A DNA stretch of 64,000 nt from Polyangiaceae bacterium (GCA_044376115.1 JBILLK010000024.1:32001-96000), one strand, 5' to 3'; positions 46,317-56,480 are shown, numbered from the stretch's first letter. Program-made: numbers and translations. Notes: a model not told the origin generated them from the sequence alone.

Positions 46317-48416
46317 TTACTTGAAGACGAAGTACTCGACCACCAGCACCGCGACCATCAGCGCGATGAAGCCGAGCGCCAAAGCTCGGCTGCGCGACGG
46401 CGCGGGCGTATGCGCAATCGCAGCCGGCGGGCGATAGGTGGGTAGCTCGGAGGAATAGGCCGGTAAAACCTGGGCCTCTTCCTGCAACTCCACGCTCGGC
46501 GTCACGACCGGCGGCTCGAGCTTTAGCTCTTGCGTGACCAACAGCGGTGAACTCCGCCGGGACTCAGCGACCGCAGCTTGCTCCTGCAAGAGGACGAGCG
46601 ACGCATCGGGCTGGCTCGGTACGCGCTCGGACTGCGGCTCGAGTTCGGGCTTGGAAGCACGCCGCTCGCGCTCATCCGGGCGGCTTGGCTCGCGTGCCTC
46701 GGGGTAGCTCCCAGGACGGGCGAGAACGACCTCAGGGTTGCTCCCGGGACGCCCAACCACGACCTCAGGGTTGCTCCCGGGACGCCCGAGCTCGGGGCTG
46801 CTCCCGGGACGCCCAACCACGACCTCAGGGCTGCTCCCGGGACGCCCAAGCTCGGGGCTGCTCCCGGGACGCCCAACCACGACCTCAGGGTTGCTCCCAG
46901 GGCGCCCGAGCTCGGGGCTGCTACCAGGCCGCCCAAGCACGACCTCAGGGTTGCTCCCAGACCGCTGCGCCGGCGCCGATGTGGAAGGGACGATCGGCTC
47001 GACCTCCATCACCAAGGTACCTTTGCGAATCGGCGCCTCGACCTCCATCACCAAGGTGCCCTTGGCGGGCGCGCGCGTGGGCTCGGCTTCCTCCACCGCG
47101 GCCGGCGGGGTTGGCGCAGGCTGCGCGACGGGGGTTGCGCCCGCTGGAGGAACGCTGGGCAGAGCTTGCGGGCGAGCCGACGTTGGCGGGGCGATCTGAC
47201 CGAGCAACCCCCAAAGGTCGTCGAGCCCGTCGAGATCCAAGCCGAACGCGAGCTCCGACGGATCCGCCGTGGGCGCCTCCGGATCAAAGCGACGAGCCTC
47301 ACTCCCCGACCGAGTCGGAGCAGAGCTAGGCCGAGCCTGAACGGCGATCTCAGTGGGGAATTGGCTTGGCCCAACCACCCCGATCGCACGAGCCTCCTTG
47401 TGCTCGTTCAACAGCAGCCAGGAGGCCAACGCCGCGCGCATCGCTCGCGCCGTCGGGTAACGGTCCTCGATGTTGAATCGCAGCGCCTTATCGACCACGT
47501 CAGCGAAGCCTGCGGGCACCTCCGACGCGACCGAACGCAACGACGGCGCGGGCTTGGTCGCGACGGCCAGCGCCAACTCCCCACCCGAGAGCGAACCGTG
47601 CGGCGGCCTACCTGCGACGAGCGAGAACAGCGTTGCTCCAACCGAATAAACGTCGCTCGCCGGGCCCACCGCATCCCAGCGACAGAGCGCTTGCTCCGGC
47701 GCCATATAGGCCGGCGTGCCGAGGCTGGCCGAATTGGTCGTGAGCCGTGCAACCTTCTTGCGCACGCCTGCGTCCGCCCAGCCACCGTCGAAGGCCGCAT
47801 GGGACACGCCGAAGTCGAGCACCTTGAGCTCACCTTCGATCGTGAAGAAGAGGTTGTCCGGCTTAACGTCGCGATGCACTACGCCCATCAAGTGGGCTTC
47901 CTCGAGCACGTCCAACAGCGAAAGCCCGATCGATGCGCAGTAACTCACATCGAGACGCCGGCCTTTGGTTTTGCGCGCGAGTTCACCGACGGTGCAGCCC
48001 TCGAGCAGCTCCATCACGAAGTAGACGATGCCATCCTCGGTCTCGTCGTCATCGAGGATCGCCGCGACGCCCTTGGAGAAGCGATTGGCTACGTAGGCCT
48101 CGCGCAGGAAGCGCGCGCGACAGGTGGCGTCCTTGGCCAGCTCCGGGTGCAACATTTTGATCGCCCCGCGAAAGCCGTTGCGGTGGGTGGCGGTGAACAC
48201 CATCCCCATACCGCCGATCCCAAGCACCTCATCGAGCCGCCATTTGCCCTTGAGCACGCGCCCAACGAGCCCAAGCGCCCGATCCAGCCGCGCCGTCCGC
48301 CGCGAAGCACCGTGAGAATTGCCGCGCGCTCCCTTGCCGAGCCCAAGCACAGTATGTCCGGGAGGCAACCTCGACGGAGACGAGCTGGGAGACGGAGAAC
48401 TCGCGGAATCCACCAC
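46317..48416 (-). CDS. Ser/Thr protein kinase with tandem-repeat linker and C-terminal TM anchor
   Basis: GIGGMG, AIK, HRDVKPDN, DFG, GTPAYMAPEQ. C-terminal hydrophobic helix. Confidence 0.92.
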   Translation of the reverse strand: MVDSASSPSPSSSPSRLPPGHTVLGLGKGARGNSHGASRRTARLDRALGLVGRVLKGKWRLDEVLGIGGMGMVFTATHRNGFRGAIKMLHPELAKDATCRARFLREAYVANRFSKGVAAILDDDETEDGIVYFVMELLEGCTVGELARKTKGRRLDVSYCASIGLSLLDVLEEAHLMGVVHRDVKPDNLFFTIEGELKVLDFGVSHAAFDGGWADAGVRKKVARLTTNSASLGTPAYMAPEQALCRWDAVGPASDVYSVGATLFSLVAGRPPHGSLSGGELALAVATKPAPSLRSVASEVPAGFADVVDKALRFNIEDRYPTARAMRAALASWLLLNEHKEARAIGVVGPSQFPTEIAVQARPSSAPTRSGSEARRFDPEAPTADPSELAFGLDLDGLDDLWGLLGQIAPPTSARPQALPSVPPAGATPVAQPAPTPPAAVEEAEPTRAPAKGTLVMEVEAPIRKGTLVMEVEPIVPSTSAPAQRSGSNPEVVLGRPGSSPELGRPGSNPEVVVGRPGSSPELGRPGSSPEVVVGRPGSSPELGRPGSNPEVVVGRPGSNPEVVLARPGSYPEAREPSRPDERERRASKPELEPQSERVPSQPDASLVLLQEQAAVAESRRSSPLLVTQELKLEPPVVTPSVELQEEAQVLPAYSSELPTYRPPAAIAHTPAPSRSRALALGFIALMVAVLVVEYFVFK
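46698..46962 (-). repeat. Coding tandem repeat GRPGS(S/N)PE(L/VVV); 27/33-bp units forming a 60-bp higher-order repeat
   Basis: Nine GSxPE cores. Sequence lines 46741, 46801 and 46861 are nearly identical. Confidence 0.9.
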
Positions 48417-48550
48417 GGTGAGGCTCTACACCAAGGCGCGGCACGCATGAAGCACGTTCCGCGACGAGGGATAGACGAACGGCCCGCAGGGAAAGCGAGC
48501 CATTCGTCAGCCAAAGGGTCGGCACGTGGTCGTTGCTTCGAGGTGCGAAC

Positions 48551-49831
48551 TCAGCTCGCTTCGCCGAGTAGCTGCGCCATCGCCGGAGCAACCACCTCGC
48601 GCATGCCACGCAGCCGCTCGCGCAGCGCTTCCTTCGCACTCAGCCGGCCGTGCGCGCGCAGCGCTTCATTGTGCGACAGTGCCTCGCTTTGCTCCGCGTT
48701 CGCGCACGCCTGCTCGAGATCGTGCGTGCTCTCGATGAAGGCGCGGTGAGCCGCCGTGCGCACCGAGTCTCCCCCGGTTGCGATCGCCCAAGCCACCACC
48801 GAGTAGGCCAACGCCGCGTGTTCAGCCTCTTCCGCCGCAATGCGCGTAAGCACCTCGCGCACCACCGGATCGGTCGCGGCGTCGCGTTGCGCATCGGCGA
48901 CGAGAGCAGCCAGCGTCTCTCCACAACAGCCCTCGCGCACAGCCGCCGCAGCCAGCTCCTCGAGCGAACCGGCGAGCACCAAGCGCGCAGCCTCAGGCAA
49001 CGTCGAAGGACCGACCGGCTGACCGAGGTAGCTCGAGGCCAACGCGAAGCCCGCCTGCGCATGCCGAATCTCGTCGGCCGCCGCGCGATGCGTGCGCTCA
49101 ATCAAATCCGCCGGCGCACCAAACACCAACAGCTCGAGCGCGAGCTTGCCGAAGCTGGCGATGCTGGCGTGTTCGTACGCTGCATCATGAGCCCATTCGC
49201 GGCCGAGTTGCGCGCGGAGCTCCGGCGAAAGGCTCGACAAATCGGGCGCGAGACCCGCCGCCTCCCAACGTCGATCGCCCACGCGCAGAGGCGCTACACG
49301 AGCTTGATTCTCGACCATGAAGGGACGTCCGATCGCAGCGCACTCACCTGCGTTGGGAGCCGTGACGTTGACCTGATAACAACAGGTGCCGTTCACCTCG
49401 GTGGGCCCGGAGATCCATTCGGTCACGAGCTCGAGCTGATCGGTACAGGAGCCGAACACGGTGACAGCTTCGGCCGCCGGTGGGCAAGGTGGCACCCCAA
49501 AGAAGCAACGCTCCACGCCGTTCATGCCAGAGCCCGAAGACCCACCTGCGCCGGCCATGCCGCCTTGACCGCCGGCGTTGCCGCCACCCGCAGCGCCTTG
49601 ACCGCCCTCCCCGCCTTGACCGCCCGCAGCGGCACCACCGCCGCCCGAGGCCGTCTCACCGCCCCCGCCCGAAGCCGTCTCACCGCCCCCGCCCGAAGCC
49701 GTCTCACCGCCCCCGCCCGAACCGCCGGCTCCCGAGCCGCTACCGCTATCACCACACGCCGCGCTCGCCACCGCCGAGGCAACCAGCAGTTGACGCAACA
49801 GTCCCGTACGAAAAGCCAAACGTTCATTCAT
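48551..49831 (-). CDS. Lipoprotein with C-terminal ferritin-like domain
   Basis: Lipobox SAAC, (SGGGGETA)x3 linker, Cys-rich segment, GRPF, EHASIASF...DEIRHA...EGCCGET...EEAEHA diiron-type motifs. Confidence 0.82.
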   Translation of the reverse strand: MNERLAFRTGLLRQLLVASAVASAACGDSGSGSGAGGSGGGGETASGGGGETASGGGGETASGGGGAAAGGQGGEGGQGAAGGGNAGGQGGMAGAGGSSGSGMNGVERCFFGVPPCPPAAEAVTVFGSCTDQLELVTEWISGPTEVNGTCCYQVNVTAPNAGECAAIGRPFMVENQARVAPLRVGDRRWEAAGLAPDLSSLSPELRAQLGREWAHDAAYEHASIASFGKLALELLVFGAPADLIERTHRAAADEIRHAQAGFALASSYLGQPVGPSTLPEAARLVLAGSLEELAAAAVREGCCGETLAALVADAQRDAATDPVVREVLTRIAAEEAEHAALAYSVVAWAIATGGDSVRTAAHRAFIESTHDLEQACANAEQSEALSHNEALRAHGRLSAKEALRERLRGMREVVAPAMAQLLGEAS

Positions 49832-49870
49832 GAGGGCCTCCAAAGTCAGATCGCAATGGTGCCCCCAATT

Positions 49871-49900
49871 GCGCGCTTAGGCGACTTAAAGCGCGCTTAA
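49871..49900. promoter_or_regulatory. Candidate operator: GCGCGCTTAG GCGACTTAAA GCGCGCTTAA
   Basis: Three roughly 10-bp direct repeats that also form the inverted repeat GCGCGCTT...AAGCGCGC, 40 bp upstream of the ferritin-like gene. Confidence 0.45.
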
Positions 49901-49905
49901 TTGCT

Positions 49906-50376
49906 TCAAACGCGACCGGCCAAAGCGACCCGACGAAGCTCGCGAACTTCCTCGATCAAGCTGAGCGAGTTGACCTCCGGATGAGCTTGCTTCGCTAAGC
50001 GCGGCGCCGCCTCCTCCAACTTCTCGAACACCTCGAAGCGTGAGCGAACGGGGCTCATCATGACGAGCGCGGCCATCGCCGAGCGCACCATCGACATGCG
50101 GAAGCTGCTGCCGGGATGCACGCCCACGTAGAACTCAAAGTACCCAGGAAACAACGAAGCAACCTTGCGAGCTTCAGCGTCGGGAAAGGGCGAGCGCTCG
50201 CCGACATAAGCCAACATGAACATGCGTGAAAAACTCGGCTTGAGCCGCTGCAACGCTTCCAAGATGCGCGTCATCCGCGGGCCGTCAGGTTGGCACGTAC
50301 CTTCCCAGACTTGAACCATCGTGGGTCCAACCATCCCGAATGCGAACCCTGGCTCGACCCAAAGCACCTCAGCCAT
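49906..50376 (-). CDS. STAS/SEC14-like small protein
   Basis: VQVW...PDAEARK...SFRMSMVRSAM...EVFEKLEEA pattern. Start uncertain (ORF track 50412). Confidence 0.55.
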   Translation of the reverse strand: MAEVLWVEPGFAFGMVGPTMVQVWEGTCQPDGPRMTRILEALQRLKPSFSRMFMLAYVGERSPFPDAEARKVASLFPGYFEFYVGVHPGSSFRMSMVRSAMAALVMMSPVRSRFEVFEKLEEAAPRLAKQAHPEVNSLSLIEEVRELRRVALAGRV

Positions 50377-50474
50377 GAGAGCCTTTAGCGGATCTCCGCC
50401 GCGAAGCTTCAACTACCGTCTCACCCCCTCGCATTGAGCGCCCCTCCAATCGCCGCTATCGTTGCGTATCCGTA

Positions 50475-53228
50475 ATGCGCCGTACAGAGTCCGCTCCGGC
50501 GAAGACCAACCTGCTCGGGGACCTGACGTCCTTCGTCGGCCGGGCCAACGAGCAAGCGGGCGTGCTCGCCTTGTTCGAGAACGGCGCGCGTTTGGTGACG
50601 GTGACCGGGCTCGGTGGCATCGGCAAGACGCGCTTCGCGATCCGCCTGGCCGCAGCCGAAGCCGAGCCGCTCTCCTCGCACGGCGGCGGCGGCGCTTGGT
50701 TCTGCGATCTCTCCGAGGCGCATACGGCCTTGGGCGTAAACGCCGCGGTGGCCGCGGTGCTCGGCGTCACGCTGAGCAGCAGCGAGGAGAGCACCACCGT
50801 TGCCCGCGCCATCGCGCGCCGCAAACGCATCTTGCTGGTGCTCGACAACTTCGAGCAGGCCGTCAGCTGCGCCGCAGAGACGCTCGCGCATTGGATGAAA
50901 GAAGCACCGCACGCGCGCTTCCTGGTGACCTCGCGCGTCGCGCTGGGGATCGCCGGCGAGCAACAATGGCCGTTGGTTCCGCTCGCCACGCCGGGCGAGG
51001 AGGAGTTACGGCCAGAGGTCCTGGCCGAGAGCGAAGCGGTGCAGCTGTTCATCAAACGAGCCACGCAAGTGCGGCCAAACCTGGCGCTTTCGCACGAGGC
51101 CCTACGTTCGATCGCCACCATCGTACGACGCTTGGACGGCATCCCGCTGGCGATCGAGCTGGCAGCGGCGCGCACCGCGGTGCTCTCCCCGAGCGCGCTA
51201 TTGCAGCGCTTGAGCCAGCCCCTCGAGGTTCTGCAGCGCAGCTCGGACGCCGGGAAACACAGCTCGATGCGCAGCGCCATCGCCGACTCGGTGCGCCAAC
51301 TCGGCGACTACGAGCAACGCTGTTTGGCGGCGCTATCGGTGTTTCGCTCGGGGTTCACCCTGTCGGCCGCCGAGTCGGTTTTGCCACAAGGCGGGAGCCC
51401 GCTAGCGGCGCTGGAGAGGCTCGTCGCCCATTCGCTGGTGCGGGCGGAAGAGGCGCGCTCGAGGCGGACGGCACCGGCCGAGCCAGCTGCGCAAGGAGAG
51501 CTTCGCTTTACGCTGTTCGAGGCGATCCGTGAGTTTGCCCGAGGCATGTTGGAATCGGAGCAGGCGCAGGTGGAGCTGCGGTCGCGCCACGCAGATTACT
51601 ATCGAAACGCGGTGCAGACCTGGGCACTCGAGTCGCCGACCGATCGCACCGCCGGCCTGGCTCGCATGGAGCAGGAGCTCGAGAACCTGCTGCTCGCTCA
51701 TGCCACGCTCAAAGCCGACGCGTCGTCCGCGGCACGCAGCAAAGCGGCGCTCTTGGCGCTGCAGCTCACCCCGCTGCTTTCGCGCCGCGGCCTCTTCCGA
51801 CTGCTCAAGGAGCTGCTCGATGAGGCGGTGGAGAGCGCACGGCAGCAGCCTGAGAGCGCGGTGCAGTTGGCCGAGGCGTTGGTCGCACGTGGACAGGCCT
51901 CGCGCGATTTGGGCTTGCCCCAGGAGGCACGCAAAGACCTCGAGCAGGCGGTCGAGCTCGCGCAGCGTGAGCGCGCACCGCGCGTCGAGGCGCAGGCGCT
52001 GCTGCGTTTGGGCGAGCTGATTGAGACGGCCGGCGCCACCGCCGAGGCGCGCAGCTACTTTGCTCGTGCGCTCGAGCTCGACGCCGACTCGCCCAGCGCG
52101 CAGTTCCGCGCGGAGGTGGGCCGGCGCATCGCGCATGCCCTGCGCCGCGAGGGCGATCTCGAGCAGGCCGAACGACGCATCTTCGAGGCGCAGGTGCTTT
52201 ATCGCGCCGCTGGCGACGACGAGGGCTTGGGGCTTTGTCTCTATGAAGCGGCGGTGGTGGCGATGTTTCGTCAGCGCTACGACGAAGCGTTGGCGCGCTT
52301 CGATGAGGCGCTTCCTTTGGTGCGCGCGCACGGCGCGCGCTTAGCGGAGGGCGCGTTGCTCTCCGGCTTGGGCATCTATCAGCAGGAGCGTGGCGAGCTG
52401 CCACGAGCCCTGGAGCTGCATCAGCAGGCGGTGGAGTTGTTCCGTGAGTTGGGCCACCGGCACCGCGAAGCGAGCGCGCTCTACTACCTTGGTGGTTGCT
52501 ACCTCGAGCGCGCGCAATGGTCCGATGCCGCGCGCATTTTCGAGCAGTCGCTGCGGCTATCGCAGTCGGTTTCGGCGCCACGTTATGTGGCTTTGGTGCA
52601 AGGCGCCCAGGCGGTGCTGATGGCCGTGCTCGGGGACTTTGCGGCGGCCGATGCGCACTTGCAACAAGCCGCGCGCGCGCTCGAGGCCTGCAGCAGTGAA
52701 GGCACGCTGCTCGCGACGATTGCGCTGCATCGACTCAACGTACAAGGCCGGAAAATCCCCGCCGAGGCGCGCGAGCGCAAGGCCGAAGCACAGGCCCTGG
52801 CGCAGGACCACGCCGTCGACGACACACGCTTCGCCCTGCGCCTTTTCGAGCTCAGCGCACGAAGCGAGATCGCCCCCGGTGACACCGGCGATGCCCTGCT
52901 CATACGAGCGAACGGCAGCGCCTTCCGCCTACCTGGAACCAACGCGGACGTCGATCTCTCGCGGCGCGCACCGCTGAGGCGCATCCTTGTCGCGCTCGCC
53001 CAACGGCGCCTCGAGGCGCCGGGCGAAGGGCTGGACGTCGAAGAGATCCTCGCCGCCGGCTGGCCCGGTGAGCGCGTGAGCGACCGCGCCGGCAACAATC
53101 GCGTTCACGTGGCCCTCACCACCTTGCGCAACCTCGGCTTACGCGGCGTGCTCGTGAGCAGCCCCGGCGGCTACTCCCTGCGTGCGTCGGAGAAGGTCGT
53201 GCTCGAGGGCGCGCCCACGGCCGACTGA
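50475..53228 (+). CDS. STAND/NB-ARC-like ATPase with TPR repeats and C-terminal winged helix
   Basis: FVGR, GLGGIGKT Walker A, LLVLDNFE, TSR, LDGIPLAIELAA, TPRs, and EEILAAGWPGE...NRVHVALTTLR...GY. Confidence 0.9.
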   Translation: MRRTESAPAKTNLLGDLTSFVGRANEQAGVLALFENGARLVTVTGLGGIGKTRFAIRLAAAEAEPLSSHGGGGAWFCDLSEAHTALGVNAAVAAVLGVTLSSSEESTTVARAIARRKRILLVLDNFEQAVSCAAETLAHWMKEAPHARFLVTSRVALGIAGEQQWPLVPLATPGEEELRPEVLAESEAVQLFIKRATQVRPNLALSHEALRSIATIVRRLDGIPLAIELAAARTAVLSPSALLQRLSQPLEVLQRSSDAGKHSSMRSAIADSVRQLGDYEQRCLAALSVFRSGFTLSAAESVLPQGGSPLAALERLVAHSLVRAEEARSRRTAPAEPAAQGELRFTLFEAIREFARGMLESEQAQVELRSRHADYYRNAVQTWALESPTDRTAGLARMEQELENLLLAHATLKADASSAARSKAALLALQLTPLLSRRGLFRLLKELLDEAVESARQQPESAVQLAEALVARGQASRDLGLPQEARKDLEQAVELAQRERAPRVEAQALLRLGELIETAGATAEARSYFARALELDADSPSAQFRAEVGRRIAHALRREGDLEQAERRIFEAQVLYRAAGDDEGLGLCLYEAAVVAMFRQRYDEALARFDEALPLVRAHGARLAEGALLSGLGIYQQERGELPRALELHQQAVELFRELGHRHREASALYYLGGCYLERAQWSDAARIFEQSLRLSQSVSAPRYVALVQGAQAVLMAVLGDFAAADAHLQQAARALEACSSEGTLLATIALHRLNVQGRKIPAEARERKAEAQALAQDHAVDDTRFALRLFELSARSEIAPGDTGDALLIRANGSAFRLPGTNADVDLSRRAPLRRILVALAQRRLEAPGEGLDVEEILAAGWPGERVSDRAGNNRVHVALTTLRNLGLRGVLVSSPGGYSLRASEKVVLEGAPTAD

Positions 53229-53287
53229 GCGCCGCTTGTTAGCGGCTCGGTTGAGGGTCGAGCGGCGAGCGCGTAGCATTCGGCCGC

Positions 53288-54154
53288 ATGATGGGCCGCT
53301 TACAAAGGCACCCGCTTTCGTCAGCGGCGCTCTTCTTCCTTGCCTGCGGCGGTGATGGAGGCAGCGCGCAACGTTTGGTGCTGGAGCCAACTGCACCGCG
53401 TGTCATGGACTCCGCGACAGCGTCGCCCTCGAACGCCGCCAACAGCCCGTCAGCCCCGATCCCGAGCGACATGGTGCTCGTGCCGGAGGGGCCGTTCCTG
53501 CGCGGCTCCCTCCCTGGCGTTGGCCTCGAAGACGAGCACCCGCAGCGCAGCATCATCCTGGCCGCCTTCCTGATCGACGTGACCGAGGTGACCCAAGCCA
53601 ACTATGCACGTTGTGTTGACGCCGGGCGCTGCGTAGCGCCCAAGTGCAAGGCGGACCGAGCGACGGACTGGGATCCTTCGGGGCGTGCGACGCATCCGGT
53701 GGTGTGCATCGCGTGGAGCGAGGCGAAGGCATTCTGCGAATTCGTCGGCAAGCGTCTACCCACGGAGGCCGAGTGGGAGAAGGCCGCGCGCGGGCCTGAC
53801 GGGAGGCTATATCCGTGGGGCAATGATGCACCAACCTGCGAGCACGCCAATTACTTCGAGTGCGACCGCAAAGGCACCGAGCCTGTGGGCAGCCACCCAA
53901 CTGGCCGGAGCCCATACGGCGCGCTCGACATGGCCGGCAACGTCTGGGAGTGGACCGCCGACTTCCACCTCGCAAACTACTACGTGGCTAGCTCGGCAAA
54001 GGACCCAGAGGGTCCATCGGATGGAGACCGCAAGGTCGTTCGTGGAGGGGCGTTCAAGTACGGCGCGTCGGAGCTACTCTCGGCAGGTCGGACCTACGAC
54101 GCGCCCACCGTACACTTCGAACACGTCGGCGTCCGCTGCGCCAAGTCGAGATAG
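53288..54154 (+). CDS. FGE-sulfatase (SUMF1) domain lipoprotein
   Basis: Lipobox FLAC, RLPTEAEWEKAARG, DMAGNVWEW, RGG and GVRCA motifs. Confidence 0.9.
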   Translation: MMGRLQRHPLSSAALFFLACGGDGGSAQRLVLEPTAPRVMDSATASPSNAANSPSAPIPSDMVLVPEGPFLRGSLPGVGLEDEHPQRSIILAAFLIDVTEVTQANYARCVDAGRCVAPKCKADRATDWDPSGRATHPVVCIAWSEAKAFCEFVGKRLPTEAEWEKAARGPDGRLYPWGNDAPTCEHANYFECDRKGTEPVGSHPTGRSPYGALDMAGNVWEWTADFHLANYYVASSAKDPEGPSDGDRKVVRGGAFKYGASELLSAGRTYDAPTVHFEHVGVRCAKSR

Positions 54155-54188
54155 GAAGCCCACGCCCCGCGTCGCACTACAGGCCCCA

Positions 54189-55061
54189 TCACGGCAAGGC
54201 GGTGCACGAAGGTGCAGCAGCGTTATCGACACAGACCAGCGCCCGAAGGGCCGCAGGGGTCGCGTCGAGGTTACCGATCGCGAACGCAGTGACGACGGCC
54301 CCTGGGGGAACAGAGACGCCGGGTAGGACCAAGGCATCGCTGAAGCTGCCAGACGCGCGCGCACTGAGCGTGACAGCGGAGAGTGGGTCTGTCTGGAGGT
54401 AGTCCCCACCCGCGACCTGCCCGACCAAGCCGTACGATACGTTGCTAAAGAGTGGGCTGAAGTCGGGCCCCGAACCGAGTCCGACGTCAACATTGGGGGT
54501 ATCGGGTGAGAGGTGCACGAAGCGCACGCTGATCTTGTCCGCTGGGACGTCCAGGTTATCGACATAGGCCTTCAAGTCGAAGGCCGCGTCGTTGCCGGCG
54601 GGGCTTACCATTCCTGTCGCGGCTACCGTGTAGTTGGTGTTCTCGCTAACTGTGATTCCGGTGAAATCCGGGATGCCGAGAGAGTCGTCGCAGCTGAGCG
54701 CGTCAGCCGCCAGCAGACGCACTCCGTACGTCCCGGCGGCGACAGGCAAGTAGCCTGTGACGTTGGGGTAGGACAAGCCGGCGTTCACGCCCACGGATTG
54801 CAGCACCGGGCCCACGGCGGGTGCGCCCGCTGGGAGCAGGCAGAAATCGACAGCAGGTGCATCGGGTGAGAGATGCGCAACGCGAACCTGTGCGTTCCCC
54901 ACGGCAACGCCGCCGCCTTCACCGCCACCGCCTTCACCGCCACCGCCTTCACCGCCGCCCCCTTCACTATCGCCGTCATCCTCGCTGAACGTCACCTTGC
55001 CACCGCAAGCAACGAGGACCGCAGGGAACACGAACGAGACGCACGCGCGAAAGCACTTCAT
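54189..55061 (-). CDS. DUF4397-family lipoprotein
   Basis: Lipobox LVAC, (EGGGG)n linker, two copies VRVAHLSPDAPAVD / VRFVHLSPDTPNVD. Confidence 0.85.
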   Translation of the reverse strand: MKCFRACVSFVFPAVLVACGGKVTFSEDDGDSEGGGGEGGGGEGGGGEGGGVAVGNAQVRVAHLSPDAPAVDFCLLPAGAPAVGPVLQSVGVNAGLSYPNVTGYLPVAAGTYGVRLLAADALSCDDSLGIPDFTGITVSENTNYTVAATGMVSPAGNDAAFDLKAYVDNLDVPADKISVRFVHLSPDTPNVDVGLGSGPDFSPLFSNVSYGLVGQVAGGDYLQTDPLSAVTLSARASGSFSDALVLPGVSVPPGAVVTAFAIGNLDATPAALRALVCVDNAAAPSCTALP

Positions 55062-55186
55062 GACGAAAGCTCCTGTCTTCAACGCGGGAGCGGACGGGCC
55101 AAGCTGGCGAGTCTCGATCCTACGACTAGAGGTGCTTTCGTCGGCGCAGTCGGATCGGATTCGAAGTGTCAGGACGGCGCTGGGAG

Positions 55187-55759
55187 CTAGGCCTTGAAGC
55201 CAGCTGCTTCGCGACCGTTCGGCTTCGATGCGTCGTTCGGATCATCCGAGCCCAGAATGCCGCGCACCTCACTGCGAGGGCCGAGCGGCCCTCTCGGATG
55301 GAGCGTCGGACTGCGCAGCGGATCGGGGACCACCGAGTTACGTGAGCTGCTGGTGGGCGGCACCGAAGGACCTGTGACCGCCGGCATCACACCTGAGCTC
55401 CGCCGCTCGGCCAAGAAGCCAGAGACCTCCAACTTGAGCGACTGCCAGGCTCGCTTCCACTCTGCGGCCGGTAGCGTGGCTTGCCGGCGGCTCAGCTGAA
55501 AGCAGCGATCCGCCAACAGCCGCGCTGCGTGCGCTGCCCGGCGATCCAAAAGCTCGAGCACCTTCTCTCGGCGCAAAGCCCACTGAGCCAACCATTCCCC
55601 GAGTTCACGAGGCGAGCTGCTCAGTAGATTGCTGGCTCGGCTTCTTTCATCGCTGTCGTTCAACTCGGACCCCTTCCCTTGGTGCGCTGCGCAGCAAAGC
55701 ACACCTAAAGGCAGCCTGGTAGTGTGCCAGCTTATTTTCTTTTTTGCGCCGTTCGCCAA
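55187..55759 (-). CDS. Hypothetical protein (true start probably downstream, near 55650)
   Basis: Helical core followed by RRSSG and a Pro/Ser tail. No recognisable family. Confidence 0.4.
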   Translation of the reverse strand: MANGAKKKISWHTTRLPLGVLCCAAHQGKGSELNDSDERSRASNLLSSSPRELGEWLAQWALRREKVLELLDRRAAHAARLLADRCFQLSRRQATLPAAEWKRAWQSLKLEVSGFLAERRSSGVMPAVTGPSVPPTSSSRNSVVPDPLRSPTLHPRGPLGPRSEVRGILGSDDPNDASKPNGREAAGFKA

Positions 55760-56274
55760 GCAGGGAAGACCGCATCTGTCAGTGCAAATACGTACTCATC
55801 CTCGAGCGAAAGCTCGACCAGGGTGCGCGCCAAGCCAACCAAATAGTCGACGTTGCTTCCACTCGGGCCGGCCGCCGCTTGAATCTGCGCCACCATGTCC
55901 TGCCAAGCCGCCTCACCAAGCCAATCAGGGTTGTTCGGCAAAGCTGCGTAGACGAGCGCGTCGGTGGCCAGGTCCGCGCCTTCGCGATCGATCAGCGGCA
56001 AGAGCATGCGCGAATAGCCGCCGCGCTCACGGTGGTCGAGCCGCGCGATCACCGCTGCCTCGTGCTCTTCGGACACCAAGTACGCCATACCCCAGGTGAC
56101 GCCGGGACTCGGAACCACCGTTACCACGCGCCCCGGGGCGGACGGCACGCCGCGATGATCGGTCGACCCTTGGAAGAAGCGCCGCTCAAAGCCAACGATG
56201 CCCGCGACCACCCGTCGCTCAAACGGGAAGTCAGGTCGGAACATCAGTGAGCCGTAGGCGAACACCCACAACAT
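55732..56274 (-). CDS. ChaC-family gamma-glutamylcyclotransferase
   Basis: WVFAYGSL, F.QGSTDHRGVP..PGRV, LDHRE and GPSGSNVDYL motifs. RBS AAGGAGG. Confidence 0.92.
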   Translation of the reverse strand: MLWVFAYGSLMFRPDFPFERRVVAGIVGFERRFFQGSTDHRGVPSAPGRVVTVVPSPGVTWGMAYLVSEEHEAAVIARLDHRERGGYSRMLLPLIDREGADLATDALVYAALPNNPDWLGEAAWQDMVAQIQAAAGPSGSNVDYLVGLARTLVELSLEDEYVFALTDAVFPAWRTAQKRK

Positions 56275-56423
56275 GGAGCCTTCCTCCTTGGCACGCCTAC
56301 TACGAGTTTGAGAAGTTTGTTGTGCGCAGGCCAACGAGACAGCCTCGCGCTGCAAAACAGCCTCACTGTGGCAGCGCACGGCCTGCCCCATCCGCCACAC
56401 CCCGACTTGAGCACGGGAGCAGC

Positions 56424-56439
56424 TGGCATAGCGGTTGCT
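56424..56439 (+). promoter_or_regulatory. Sigma54 (-24/-12) promoter
   Basis: TGGCATAGCGGTTGCT with GG and GC 12 nt apart, just upstream of the CsbD-like gene. Confidence 0.75.
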
Positions 56440-56480
56440 CACCTCAGGCTATGAACAGCGCACCCGCAAAGGGCACGAGC

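Noticed and set aside
46578..48749. 723-aa + strand ORF (likewise 32918-34726, 48650-49900, 20378-21427)
   Set aside because: Antisense shadows of well-supported genes, which are expected in high-GC DNA.
49640..49720. 24-bp tandem repeats (also the GGS, EGGGG and GGMGGMAS repeats at about 18830, 19510, 54910 and 58560)
   Set aside because: Ordinary Gly-rich lipoprotein linkers, common in this lineage.
26400..54154. Diversity-generating retroelement targeting the FGE (C-type lectin fold) genes
   Set aside because: No reverse transcriptase gene, and I saw no template/variable repeat pair differing at adenines.
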